This document shows positions 14,906-24,574 of a stretch of DNA of 24,957 nt, piece after piece. The stretch comes from Clostridia bacterium (GTDB taxonomy: Bacteria > Bacillota > Clostridia > Oscillospirales > Acutalibacteraceae): positions 1 through 24,957 of the forward strand of contig CAAGHT010000086.1 of NCBI GenBank assembly GCA_900769775.1, in the 5' to 3' direction. How positions within the stretch are numbered: the first letter of the stretch is position 1; each line of letters begins with the position of its first letter. Under the pieces are notes generated by a model. The model saw nothing but the letters and a program-made list of their open reading frames with translations. It made no database searches and was not told where the DNA came from. Position numbers and translations under genes: made by a program.

Positions 14906-17443
14906 ATGAAGCTCCTCGCAATCGACGGAAACAGTATTATAAACCGCGCTTTTTACGGTGTTCGCCTGCTGTCCACAAAGGACGGCCGCTTCACCAATGC
15001 CGTTTATGGTTTTATAAGCATTCTTGAAAAGCTCCGTGAAGCAGAGCAGCCCGACGGAATAGCCGTTGCCTTTGATGTCAAAAAGCCGACCTTCCGTCAC
15101 GAAAAATATGCTGAATATAAGGCAGGAAGACACGCAACTCCACCCGAGCTCTTAGAGCAGTTTGCGCCCGTTAAAGAGTGGCTTACACTTATGGGCTATA
15201 AGGTTATAGAATGTCCGGGCTTTGAGGCCGACGATATTTTGGGCACTATTGCCGAAATGTGTGAAAAGGGCGGTATCGACTGCGCCATCGCCACGGGCGA
15301 CCGTGATGCTCTACAGCTTATTGGTGAGCGGGTGCGCGTTGTGCTTGCAACCACCAAAATGGGCGGCCCCGAAACGACAAATTACGACAAGGCGGCACTT
15401 TTCGAAAAATATGGACTTACCCCTGCTCAGATGATTGAGCTAAAAGCCCTTATGGGCGACTCGTCGGATAATATCCCGGGGGTTCAGGGTGTCGGAGAAA
15501 AAACCGCAACCGACCTTATCACGAGATTCGGCAATATTGATTATATCTACGAGCATCTGGAAGAGCTTGATATTAAGGCAGGAATTCGGGCTAAGCTTGA
15601 GGCAGACAAAGAGAATGCATTTTTCAGCCGCTGGCTTGGCACAATCTGCCGTACCTCCCCTATCGACACTAACCCCGAAAGCTATATTTCGGGCGAGTGT
15701 GATGAGGCAGGAGTTGCCGCGCTTATGACCGAGCTTGAGCTTTTTAAGCTTATGGAGCGCCTCGGAATTAACCCCACCGCCGCAAAGAGTGTAAAGCACA
15801 CCGAGGCAGTTACTGCTTGCTCTGTTTCTGATTTTGAGTTTCTCCTTCGTGAACTAAGTCAGGTTGATATTATAGCCTCGGATGATGGCTTTGCCGCAAC
15901 TGATGGCGAGGCTTGTGCTCTTCTATCACGCGAGCAGGGGCTCTCACTGCTTGCCGATAAAAGTATAGAAAAACGCGTTTATGATGCTAAAAATCTTTAT
16001 AAAGAATGTGTAACCTCAGGCGTTACCCCCAAGAATATTGTTTTTGACGCTATGCTTGCAGGTTATCTTTCAAACCCCTCCTCAAATTCCTATGAGCTTT
16101 CCCGTCTTGCTGCAGAATACGGTGCGGCCGAGGTCGACGGTGAGCTATGTGAGTCTGCAAAAGAGGTCTTACTGCTTTCATCGGTTTCAGATGCACTCGA
16201 AAAAGAGCTTATGGCCACAGGACAAGCCGAGCTTCTGCGAGATATTGAGCTTCCCCTTGCCACCGTGCTTGGAGATATGGAGCTGAGCGGTGTGCTTATT
16301 GATGCAGATGCCTTAAAGGTTCACGGAGAAGAACTCGAGGTTCGAGTTCGTGAGCTTGAAAGCGAAATTCACTCTCTTGTAGGCTATGAATTTAACCTCA
16401 ACTCCCCAAAGCAGCTTGGTATTGCTCTCTTTGAAAAGCTCGGGCTTCCCGCAAAGAAGAAGACCAAGAGCGGATACTCGACCAATGCAGAGGTGCTCGA
16501 GGAGCTACGCGATGCTCATCCCGCAGTCGGACTGCTTTTACAGTACAGAACTCTTGCAAAGCTTAAATCGACCTATTGTGATTCTCTGCTTTCTGCAGTT
16601 GCGAAGGACGGCAGAATTCACTCGACCTTTAACCAGACCGAAACAAGAACGGGCAGAATCAGCTCACTTGAGCCGAATCTTCAGAATATTCCCGTGAGAA
16701 CGGCTGAGGGCAGAATTTTTAGAAAATTCTTCATTGCCAAAGAGGGCTATACCCTTGTCGATGCCGACTACAGCCAGATTGAGCTTCGCGTGCTGGCGCA
16801 TATGGCAAACGATAAGGTTATGCAGGAGGCGTTCAACTCGGGTGCAGATATTCACACAAGAACAGCGGCTCAGGTTTTCTCTCTGCCTGAGGATATGATT
16901 ACACCTGTGCTCAGAAGCCGTGCAAAGGCAGTTAACTTTGGTATTGTTTACGGTATCGGTGCCTTTTCGCTTGCTAAGGATATCGGTGTTTCCAATAAGG
17001 AAGCAAAGCAGCATATTGAAAACTATCTTGCAACCTTCAGCGGTGTTGACCGCTTTATGACAAAGACTATTGAGGATGCAAAGGAACACGGCTATGTAAC
17101 CACGGTTTTCGGCAGAAGACGCTATCTTCCCGAAATTACCTCCTCTAACGGAATGATGAGGGCTTTCGGAGAGCGTGTTGCAAGAAATGCTCCCATTCAG
17201 GGCACTGCAGCAGATATCATCAAAATTGCTATGATAAATGTTTTTAACAGGCTTGCTGAAGAAAAGCTCGATGCAAAGCTTATTCTTCAGGTGCACGATG
17301 AACTTATTATCGAATGTGCTGAGGATGTTCGTGACACCGTATCTGCCCTTTTAAAGGAAGAAATGGAAAACGCCGTAAAGATGTCGGTTGAGCTTTCTGC
17401 CGATGTTCATTCGGGATATAGCTGGTATGAGGCAAAAGACTGA
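14906..17443 (+). CDS. polA: DNA polymerase I
   Basis: MKLLAIDGNS, EADD, GDRD, LMGDSSDNIPGV (5'-3' exonuclease); TGRISS.EPNLQNIP, DYSQIELR, KAVNFGIVYG, QVHDELI. Start reassigned to 14906. Confidence 0.98.
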   Translation: MKLLAIDGNSIINRAFYGVRLLSTKDGRFTNAVYGFISILEKLREAEQPDGIAVAFDVKKPTFRHEKYAEYKAGRHATPPELLEQFAPVKEWLTLMGYKVIECPGFEADDILGTIAEMCEKGGIDCAIATGDRDALQLIGERVRVVLATTKMGGPETTNYDKAALFEKYGLTPAQMIELKALMGDSSDNIPGVQGVGEKTATDLITRFGNIDYIYEHLEELDIKAGIRAKLEADKENAFFSRWLGTICRTSPIDTNPESYISGECDEAGVAALMTELELFKLMERLGINPTAAKSVKHTEAVTACSVSDFEFLLRELSQVDIIASDDGFAATDGEACALLSREQGLSLLADKSIEKRVYDAKNLYKECVTSGVTPKNIVFDAMLAGYLSNPSSNSYELSRLAAEYGAAEVDGELCESAKEVLLLSSVSDALEKELMATGQAELLRDIELPLATVLGDMELSGVLIDADALKVHGEELEVRVRELESEIHSLVGYEFNLNSPKQLGIALFEKLGLPAKKKTKSGYSTNAEVLEELRDAHPAVGLLLQYRTLAKLKSTYCDSLLSAVAKDGRIHSTFNQTETRTGRISSLEPNLQNIPVRTAEGRIFRKFFIAKEGYTLVDADYSQIELRVLAHMANDKVMQEAFNSGADIHTRTAAQVFSLPEDMITPVLRSRAKAVNFGIVYGIGAFSLAKDIGVSNKEAKQHIENYLATFSGVDRFMTKTIEDAKEHGYVTTVFGRRRYLPEITSSNGMMRAFGERVARNAPIQGTAADIIKIAMINVFNRLAEEKLDAKLILQVHDELIIECAEDVRDTVSALLKEEMENAVKMSVELSADVHSGYSWYEAKD

Positions 17444-17850
17444 TGAAAAAGATTATATTTGTTTGTACGGGTAACACCTGCCGTTCCCCTATGGCAGAGG
17501 GCTATCTTAAAAGTAAAAAAATAAAGGGCTTAGAGGTTATAAGCCGCGGTCTTGCGGCAGACGGCAGCGAGGTTTCCGGAAACTCGGTAGAAGCTATGAA
17601 AGAGCTCGGCATCGATATTTCGGGACACCGCTCAAAACAGCTAACCTTTGCCGATATCGATGAAAGCTCGGTCTTTATCTGTATGTCATCCTCTCACGCA
17701 GATATTCTGGAGGGTCTTGGAATCGACAAGATGAAAATCTTTGTGCTCGGTATCTCTGACCCGTTTGGTGCCGACCTCGACACCTATAAAGAGTGCCGCG
17801 ATGAAATAATCGCAGGAATTGATGAGTTTATAGAGGACGGCATTATATGA
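17443..17850 (+). CDS. Low-molecular-weight protein (Arg/Tyr) phosphatase, YwlE/PtpA-like
   Basis: FVCTGNTCRSPMAE P-loop; DPFG general-acid motif. Confidence 0.9.
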   Translation: MKKIIFVCTGNTCRSPMAEGYLKSKKIKGLEVISRGLAADGSEVSGNSVEAMKELGIDISGHRSKQLTFADIDESSVFICMSSSHADILEGLGIDKMKIFVLGISDPFGADLDTYKECRDEIIAGIDEFIEDGII

Positions 17851-18272
17851 TAAGAGAATATAAAAAGGGCGATGAAATTGCCATCGCCGCAATAGAGGCA
17901 GAGTGCTTCTCAGACCCTTGGAGCAGTGACGCCGTGCTTTCCTCAAAAAACGAGGGTGTCCGCTTTTTTGTTTATGAAAAGGACAAGATAGCCGGCTATG
18001 TCGGTCTGCAAACCGTTCTCGATGAAGGCTATATAACCAATGTTGCGGTAAGCAGGCCGTTCCGCAGACAGGGTATTGCAGAGGCTCTTTTAAAAGAATT
18101 AGATGCTTTTTTAGAGAGCGGCTCTCTTTCCTTTATTTCGCTTGAGGTGAGACAGTCTAACTCTGCAGCAATTTCCCTTTATACCAAAATGGGATATGAG
18201 GCCGACGGTATCAGACCAAATTTTTATGAAAACCCGCGTGAAAACGCAATTATTATGACAAAAAGAAGGTAA
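17847..18272 (+). CDS. rimI: Ribosomal protein S18 N-acetyltransferase (GNAT)
   Basis: FSDPWS, ITNVAV..FRRQGIA, LEVRQSN, RPNFY..PRENAIIM; upstream of tsaD. Confidence 0.9.
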   Translation: MIREYKKGDEIAIAAIEAECFSDPWSSDAVLSSKNEGVRFFVYEKDKIAGYVGLQTVLDEGYITNVAVSRPFRRQGIAEALLKELDAFLESGSLSFISLEVRQSNSAAISLYTKMGYEADGIRPNFYENPRENAIIMTKRR

Positions 18273-18276
18273 TAGG

Positions 18277-19290
18277 TTGCTTATTCTTGCAATTGAATCA
18301 TCCTGCGATGAGACCGCCGCCGCCGTTTGTCGTGGCAGAGAGGTGCTCTCGTCGGTTATAAATACACAAATTGAAGAACATAAGATTTACGGTGGAGTAG
18401 TCCCCGAGATTGCTTCGCGCAGACACTGTGAAAACATATCTGCCGTTTGCGATAAGGCGGTTAGTGATGCCGGCATTACCTATTGTGACCTTGACGCAGT
18501 TGCCGTAACCTACGCACCGGGACTTATCGGCGCTCTGCTTGTCGGAGTGAACTTTGCAAAGGGGCTTGCCCTCTCGCTTGGCGTTCCGCTTATTCCCGTG
18601 CATCATCTTCGTTCTCATATTGCGGCAAATTATATTGATAACGAGGCTCTCGAGCCACCCTTCCTCTGCCTTACCGTTTCGGGCGGAAACAGCATTATAA
18701 CAGAGGTAAGAGACTACACCGATTTTAAGATAATTGGCGGCACCCGTGACGATGCGGCAGGCGAATGCTTTGACAAAACCGCACGCGCAATGGGTCTCGG
18801 CTACCCCGGTGGAGTAAACCTTGATAAGGTTGCCACGGTGGCTGATTTTGACAAATACCCTCTGCCGAAGCCGAAGGTTGAGGGCTCGGAATATGATTTT
18901 TCATTCTCGGGACTTAAAACGGCTGTTATCAACACTATTCACAATGCCGCTCAAAAGGGAGTAGAGCTTGACATACCCGTTCTTGCCGCAACGGTGAGAA
19001 AAAGGGTTTGCGATATGCTTATCGATAACACTCTTCTTGCAGCAGAAAATTTCGGATATAGAACGATTGTGCTTGCAGGCGGAGTTTCAGCAAACAGTGA
19101 GCTTCGCAGCCGTCTTGAAGCCGAGTGTAGCTCCCGCGGCTTAAAGCTTTATGCACCGCGCCTTTCATACTGCGGAGATAATGCCGTAATGGTTGGCGTT
19201 CAGGCCTATTATGAGTTTAAATCGGGCAATACTGCCGATGAAAGCCTTAATGCTTATGCCACAATGCCCATTGATAGTATTATAAAATAA
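18277..19290 (+). CDS. tsaD: tRNA N6-adenosine threonylcarbamoyltransferase
   Basis: LAIESSCDET, GGVVPEIASRRH, HHLRSH, DDAAGECFDK, FSFSGLKT, GGVSAN, DNAVM; TTG start. Confidence 0.96.
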   Translation: MLILAIESSCDETAAAVCRGREVLSSVINTQIEEHKIYGGVVPEIASRRHCENISAVCDKAVSDAGITYCDLDAVAVTYAPGLIGALLVGVNFAKGLALSLGVPLIPVHHLRSHIAANYIDNEALEPPFLCLTVSGGNSIITEVRDYTDFKIIGGTRDDAAGECFDKTARAMGLGYPGGVNLDKVATVADFDKYPLPKPKVEGSEYDFSFSGLKTAVINTIHNAAQKGVELDIPVLAATVRKRVCDMLIDNTLLAAENFGYRTIVLAGGVSANSELRSRLEAECSSRGLKLYAPRLSYCGDNAVMVGVQAYYEFKSGNTADESLNAYATMPIDSIIK

Positions 19291-19313
19291 ACCTTTTGAA
19301 AGGATAACATATT

Positions 19314-20336
19314 ATGCTTTTTACAAGAGATATCGGAATTGACCTTGGCACCGCGAATACCCTCGTTTATCTTAAAGGAAAGGGAATTATTATGCGTGAG
19401 CCCTCGGTTGTGGCTTATGATGTCAGAAATGACGCCGTAAGAGCAGTTGGCACCGAGGCCAAGGAAATGATTGGAAGAACACCCGGCTCTATCGTTGCTG
19501 TGCGCCCTCTCAAGCACGGAGTTATCGCAGACTACGATGTTACTGCCGCTATGCTTAAAAGATTTATCAAGGAGTCCCTCAAGGGCTCTCTTATCTCGCG
19601 TGTTCGTGTTGTAATTTGCGTTCCCGCAGGTGTTACCGAGGTTGAGTCGCGTGCCGTACACGATGCGTTGAAGCAGGCAGGTGCCGTTGATGTCGATATC
19701 GTTGAGGAGCCCATGGCAGCCGCAGTAGGCGCAGGCCTCAATGTATCCGATGCTACCGGTAATATGATTGTTGATGTCGGCGGCGGTACAAGCGAGGTTG
19801 CTGTTATTTCGCTAGGAGATATCGTTACTGCACAGTCTATCAGAACCGCAGGAGATGACCTTGACGAAGCAATTATCAACTATATCCGCAAAAAGCATAA
19901 TCTTCTCATCGGCGAGCGTACTGCCGAGCAGCTAAAAATAGAGATTGGCTCGGCTATGCCCTATGACGGCGAGACCTCGGTTGAGATTAAGGGCAGAAAC
20001 CTGCTTGACGGTCTGCCGAAGAATGTTGTTATCTCCTCGGAAGAGGTCAGAGAAGCAATGAGCGATACCCTCGATGTTATTATCGAGAGCATCCGCACCA
20101 CCTTGGAGAAAACTCCCCCTGAGCTTTCGGCTGATATTATCGAAAACGGCATTACCCTGACGGGTGGCTGTGCTCTGCTTCGCGGCTTTGCCGAAAGAAT
20201 TGAAAAAGAGACGGGCATGACGGTGCGCGTTGCCGACAATCCGCTCGACTGTGTTGTAGAGGGCACCGCAAAGCGCCTTGAAACAGGACACGGCTTTGAT
20301 ACCTACCAATTCCGCAGAAACAAAAACTACAGATAA
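19314..20336 (+). CDS. mreB: Rod shape-determining actin-like protein MreB
   Basis: IGIDLGTANT, EPMAAA, DVGGGTSE, LTGGCALL; followed by mreC and mreD. Confidence 0.95.
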   Translation: MLFTRDIGIDLGTANTLVYLKGKGIIMREPSVVAYDVRNDAVRAVGTEAKEMIGRTPGSIVAVRPLKHGVIADYDVTAAMLKRFIKESLKGSLISRVRVVICVPAGVTEVESRAVHDALKQAGAVDVDIVEEPMAAAVGAGLNVSDATGNMIVDVGGGTSEVAVISLGDIVTAQSIRTAGDDLDEAIINYIRKKHNLLIGERTAEQLKIEIGSAMPYDGETSVEIKGRNLLDGLPKNVVISSEEVREAMSDTLDVIIESIRTTLEKTPPELSADIIENGITLTGGCALLRGFAERIEKETGMTVRVADNPLDCVVEGTAKRLETGHGFDTYQFRRNKNYR

Positions 20337-20347
20337 GGTGAGTTAAA

Positions 20348-21208
20348 TTGCGTTTTTTCTTCAGAAGTAAACAGTTTAAAATTTTTCTCGCTGTCTTGGC
20401 GGGAGTAATTGCACTTTCGCTGATATTATCCCTTATCGGCGGCTACATGTCACCTCAGGCAGGAATTTTAGAGACTATCACCGAGCCCTTTAAGGCTCTT
20501 ACGAGAACTATTAAAAATTCCTTCGATGAGCTTGACACACGGCTCAATAAATCTGATGAGCTCTTGGAGGAAAATGAGGCTCTTGAGGATGAGGTTAACT
20601 CTCTCAGAGACAAGCTGGTCGACTATGAGTCGGCTATGAACGAAAACGAATTTTTAAAAGATTTTCTTGAGATAAAAGAGAATAATCCCGATTTCGTTTT
20701 CTGTCCTGCCTTTATTACCTCTCGCGACCCCGACGATGAATTCGGCGGCTTCACATTAGATAAGGGCTATCACGACGGCGTTGAGCTTTATGACCCCGTT
20801 ATTACCGATGCGGGTCTGGTTGGTTATGTCACCGAGGTTGGCTTCTCCTCCTGTAAGGTTACTACCGTACTAAGTCCCTCCCTCACCTGCGGAGCATATT
20901 CCGCACGCACTAGTGACTCGGGCGTTGTTTCGGGAACGAGAGAGTTTGCTCTTGAGGGTACTACCCGACTTTATAATATTCCCCGCACCTGTACTATTGC
21001 AGTTGGCGATATTATAGTTACCTCGGGTGGCGGCATCTTCCCCGCTAAGCTTATTATCGGCACGGTTGACAATATCCAGAGCGACCCCGTAACCTCCTCG
21101 CTCTATGCCGTTATAAAGCCAACGGTCAAGCTTGATGAGATTAAGAATGTTATGATCCTGACCTCCTTTGACGGTCAGGGCGACGCTATAAAAGCAGACG
21201 GTAAATAG
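20348..21208 (+). CDS. mreC: Rod shape-determining protein MreC
   Basis: N-terminal TM, coiled coil, LDKG..DGV...PVI...GLVG.V, GD.IVTSG.GGIFP; synteny. Confidence 0.92.
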   Translation: MRFFFRSKQFKIFLAVLAGVIALSLILSLIGGYMSPQAGILETITEPFKALTRTIKNSFDELDTRLNKSDELLEENEALEDEVNSLRDKLVDYESAMNENEFLKDFLEIKENNPDFVFCPAFITSRDPDDEFGGFTLDKGYHDGVELYDPVITDAGLVGYVTEVGFSSCKVTTVLSPSLTCGAYSARTSDSGVVSGTREFALEGTTRLYNIPRTCTIAVGDIIVTSGGGIFPAKLIIGTVDNIQSDPVTSSLYAVIKPTVKLDEIKNVMILTSFDGQGDAIKADGK

Positions 21209-21211
21209 CCT

Positions 21212-21712
21212 ATGAGAAACCGTAACAAACAGCCCATCGCCTTTATAATCAATGCCGCGATACTTGTCCTGTTATACATTTTGCGTTATTCGGAGCTGAT
21301 GACCCTCACTATCGGTCAGGCATCTCCCATAACCCTTATCCCCTTTGTTGTTGCTATCGCCATTTTTTATGGAGAATGGCTCGGTGCCGCGGCAGGCTTT
21401 TTTGCAGGTGCGCTTATGGACGGCTCTATGAGCGGCTCATCCTGCTTTAACACCCTTGTAATAATGCTTATCGGTCTTATTGCAGGCGTGCTTGCTTCTC
21501 ATTATATGAATAAAAATATTCGCTCTGCCGCTTGTCTTTCGCTTGGCTCGGCATTCGTTTATCTCTTTGTTAAGATGATTTTCTTCTATTCCTTCAAAGA
21601 GATTCCGACGGGAGCGGAATATTACAGTATGTATTTTATTCCGACCGTTTTTTACACCGCACTTTTTATTATCCCCTTTTATTTTCTTGAAAAGAAGTTA
21701 AGGGAGCTTTAG
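21212..21712 (+). CDS. mreD: Rod shape-determining protein MreD
   Basis: 166 aa polytopic membrane protein with G...GFFAG.LMD, between mreC and the PBP. Confidence 0.85.
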   Translation: MRNRNKQPIAFIINAAILVLLYILRYSELMTLTIGQASPITLIPFVVAIAIFYGEWLGAAAGFFAGALMDGSMSGSSCFNTLVIMLIGLIAGVLASHYMNKNIRSAACLSLGSAFVYLFVKMIFFYSFKEIPTGAEYYSMYFIPTVFYTALFIIPFYFLEKKLREL

Positions 21713-21746
21713 TCAATTTTTAAATTCTCAGAAAGGAGGCAGCAAT

Positions 21747-23729
21747 ATGGCTTTTCAGAAAAGACAACGTCCGCGACTTGCCGTTTTATCGGTTTTTATG
21801 GCGGTTGTTTTGCTCTTTTATACCGTGAGGGTTTTTTCGCTTCAGATTTCTAATGCAGAAACCTATATAAATCAGGCTCTCGGTATTTCCTATCGGACTG
21901 TAACCGTTAAGGCTCAGCGCGGAGAAATTCTCGACTCGGACGGCCGAAAGATCGCCGTTAACCGCGAGGGCTATAATATTGTTTTTAATAAGGCCTACCT
22001 TAAAGCAGAAAAGCTGAACTCTACAATTCTTTCCCTTTGTAACCTTATGCAGGACCGTGACGGAGAGTGGTTTGACTCCCTCCCCATTACAAAGTCTGCC
22101 CCCTATTCCTTCCTGGGCAGTGATTCTGCAATTTCGACACTTAAAAGCGAGCTCGGTCTTGCTCACTATGCCACAGCCGATAACTGCATTGACAAAATGC
22201 TCTCCGACTATGAGCTTGAGGCTTACAGTGACAGCGTTGCCCGACAGATAATGGGTGTTCGCTACACTATTGCGATATCCGATTACTCAATATCTAACCC
22301 TTATACCTTTGCCGAGGACGTTTCCTCCGAGATTATGCAGATTGTGCTTGAATCGGGTATGCTGCTCGACGGCGTTACTGTTGATATCGTGCCCTTCAGG
22401 GAATATGTTGACGGCACGATTGCTCCTCATATCATCGGCACGGTCGGTCCCATCTATGCCGAGGAATGGGATAAATATAAAAACAAGGGTTACTCTTACA
22501 GTGATAAGGTCGGTAAGAGCGGTATCGAGCTTCTTGCCGAGGAGCACCTCCACGGAACCGACGGCGAGATAACCTATAAGATAGATTCTAAGGGCAATAT
22601 ATTGTCCCAAGAGGTAACAAAAATGCCCGTTGCGGGAAAGACAGTTGTCCTTACCCTTGACAAATCGATTCAGAAAACAACTCAGAATGCTCTTGAAAAT
22701 GCGATAAAAGAGCAGCAGGCACTTGGCGGTACTGCCGAAGCCGGCGCCGCGGTTATGATGGACCTTCGCTCAGGTGATATAATCGCAAGTGCAAATTATC
22801 CATCATTTGATCTTAACACCTATCGCGAGGTTTATAATGACCTGCTTGCCGACCCCTTAACCCCACTTAACGACCGCGCCTTTTCGGGTATTTATCCTCC
22901 CGGCTCGACTGTTAAGCCACTTGTTGCTATTGCCGCACTCGAGAACGGGAAGCTCGATTATGATGAGCATATCCGTTGCGTAGGTACCTATAATTATTTT
23001 GATGACTACAAGCCGAGCTGTATGTTTGTGCACGGAAGCACGGGACTTAACCGAGCTATTCAGAAGTCCTGCAACTATTTCTTCTATGAGCTTGGAAAGC
23101 GACTCGGTGTTCCGACCATGCTTGACTATTTTACAAAGTTCGGTCTCGGCTCTGATACTGGTCTTGACCTGCCATCTACCTCGGGTCTTATGATAGATGC
23201 AGGAACCGACGGTCTCGGCGGCGCAACACTCCAGACGGCTATCGGTCAGATGAACGCCTTCTCCCCCCTTCAGCTTGTGAGCTACACCTCAACCCTTGCA
23301 AATGAGGGCACACGCTATAAGTCAAATCTTATAGACCGCGTTGTTTCCTATGATATGCGCACCGAATTTTTAAGCACTAAGCCCGAAGCACTCGAGACCT
23401 TTTCTATTGATGAAAAGGTTATCAAAACAGTTAAAGAGGGTATGCTCTCGGTTACAGAGGAGGGCGGAACGGGAAGCCCCGTCTTTAAGGACTATCCCAT
23501 AAAGGTCGGCGGAAAAACAGGTACCTCTCAGGTTAATAAGGGTGCCGAGCACTCGGTATTCGTTGCCTTTGCGCCTTACGATAACCCACAGATTGCCATT
23601 ACGGTAATACTTGAACACGCAAACTCTACACCTGCCGTTACAAGCGTAGCACGCGCTATGTTTGACGCTTATTTCTTCGGCGGAGAGCAGTCAGTAGATA
23701 CCACTCCTCCCTTTACCGTAATAGAGTGA
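21747..23729 (+). CDS. mrdA: Class B penicillin-binding protein (PBP2/MrdA-like)
   Basis: RGEILDS.G, G.SGIE, PGSTVK (SxxK), SCN (SxN), GKTGT; follows mreBCD. Confidence 0.88.
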   Translation: MAFQKRQRPRLAVLSVFMAVVLLFYTVRVFSLQISNAETYINQALGISYRTVTVKAQRGEILDSDGRKIAVNREGYNIVFNKAYLKAEKLNSTILSLCNLMQDRDGEWFDSLPITKSAPYSFLGSDSAISTLKSELGLAHYATADNCIDKMLSDYELEAYSDSVARQIMGVRYTIAISDYSISNPYTFAEDVSSEIMQIVLESGMLLDGVTVDIVPFREYVDGTIAPHIIGTVGPIYAEEWDKYKNKGYSYSDKVGKSGIELLAEEHLHGTDGEITYKIDSKGNILSQEVTKMPVAGKTVVLTLDKSIQKTTQNALENAIKEQQALGGTAEAGAAVMMDLRSGDIIASANYPSFDLNTYREVYNDLLADPLTPLNDRAFSGIYPPGSTVKPLVAIAALENGKLDYDEHIRCVGTYNYFDDYKPSCMFVHGSTGLNRAIQKSCNYFFYELGKRLGVPTMLDYFTKFGLGSDTGLDLPSTSGLMIDAGTDGLGGATLQTAIGQMNAFSPLQLVSYTSTLANEGTRYKSNLIDRVVSYDMRTEFLSTKPEALETFSIDEKVIKTVKEGMLSVTEEGGTGSPVFKDYPIKVGGKTGTSQVNKGAEHSVFVAFAPYDNPQIAITVILEHANSTPAVTSVARAMFDAYFFGGEQSVDTTPPFTVIE

Positions 23730-23736
23730 TAATTGT

Positions 23737-23765
23737 TTGACAAATATCCGTATATATGATAAATT
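23737..23765 (+). promoter_or_regulatory. Possible sigma-A promoter for minD-mgsA
   Basis: TTGACA-17 nt-TAAATT with extended TG, in the pbp-minD gap. Confidence 0.6.
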
Positions 23766-23798
23766 ATCTATACGGCTTCATTTTTTTAAAAGGAAGAT

Positions 23799-24533
23799 AT
23801 GCTGATGAATAAAATCATTGCCGTAACAAGTGGCAAGGGCGGCACCGGAAAGAGTACCTTTTCGATGAATCTCGCCATTGCTGCCGCGCGTGACAATAGA
23901 GTTTTACTTATTGATATGGATGCCGGTATGCGCTGTCTTGACCTTCTGCTCGGCGTTTCGGAATCGGTTGTTATGGATGTATCCGATGTTGTCGCAGGCG
24001 CAGATATCGAGAGTGTTGCCGTGGCATCTCCCCTTTATGGCGGAGTATGGCTTCTCCCTGCGCCCCAAAAGGCTAATACAATCGACCCCGATGGTTTTAC
24101 CTCTCTTTTAGAAACAGCAAGTGAAAACTTTGGGCTCGTTATTATCGACTTCCCCGCAGGAAGCGACTATACCCTCTATGAAAAGCTGCCTCGCAGTTGT
24201 GATATTGTCTGTGTTTGCAACCCCGACCCCGTATCGGTCAGAGATGCCGCCGTTTGCGGACAGGCTATCCGCCGTATGGGCAAGAAGGGCTATCTTGTAA
24301 TAAACAAATACAGCTACAAGTATATACAAAACGGAAGATTTAAAAATCTTGATGATATTCTGAATGAAGCAGGGCTTCAGCTGCTCGGTATTGTACCGAA
24401 AAGGGATGACTTTGTTTATTCCTTCAGTACGGGCAAATTCCCGAGACACGGCCGCGGAGCCAGGGCATTCAGAAGAATTTATCGCAGAGTGAGCGGAGAA
24501 AGCTTACCTCTGCCCAAACTCAAAAAAATTTAA
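23799..24533 (+). CDS. minD: MinD/ParA-family ATPase (MinD-like)
   Basis: Deviant Walker A SGKGGTGKS, DMDAGMRCLDLLLG, DFPAG, PDPVSVRDA; located after mreBCD-pbp. Start could be 23805. Confidence 0.8.
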   Translation: MLMNKIIAVTSGKGGTGKSTFSMNLAIAAARDNRVLLIDMDAGMRCLDLLLGVSESVVMDVSDVVAGADIESVAVASPLYGGVWLLPAPQKANTIDPDGFTSLLETASENFGLVIIDFPAGSDYTLYEKLPRSCDIVCVCNPDPVSVRDAAVCGQAIRRMGKKGYLVINKYSYKYIQNGRFKNLDDILNEAGLQLLGIVPKRDDFVYSFSTGKFPRHGRGARAFRRIYRRVSGESLPLPKLKKI

Positions 24534-24574
24534 AGCAAAAGGGTTACCCCATTATGCGAAAGGAGAATTTATAA

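Noticed and set aside
15780..16200. Short, degenerate 3'-5' exonuclease region of PolA
   Set aside because: Loss of proofreading motifs is normal in Firmicutes PolA.
16664..17296. 210 aa minus-strand ORF
   Set aside because: Antisense to the conserved polA polymerase domain.
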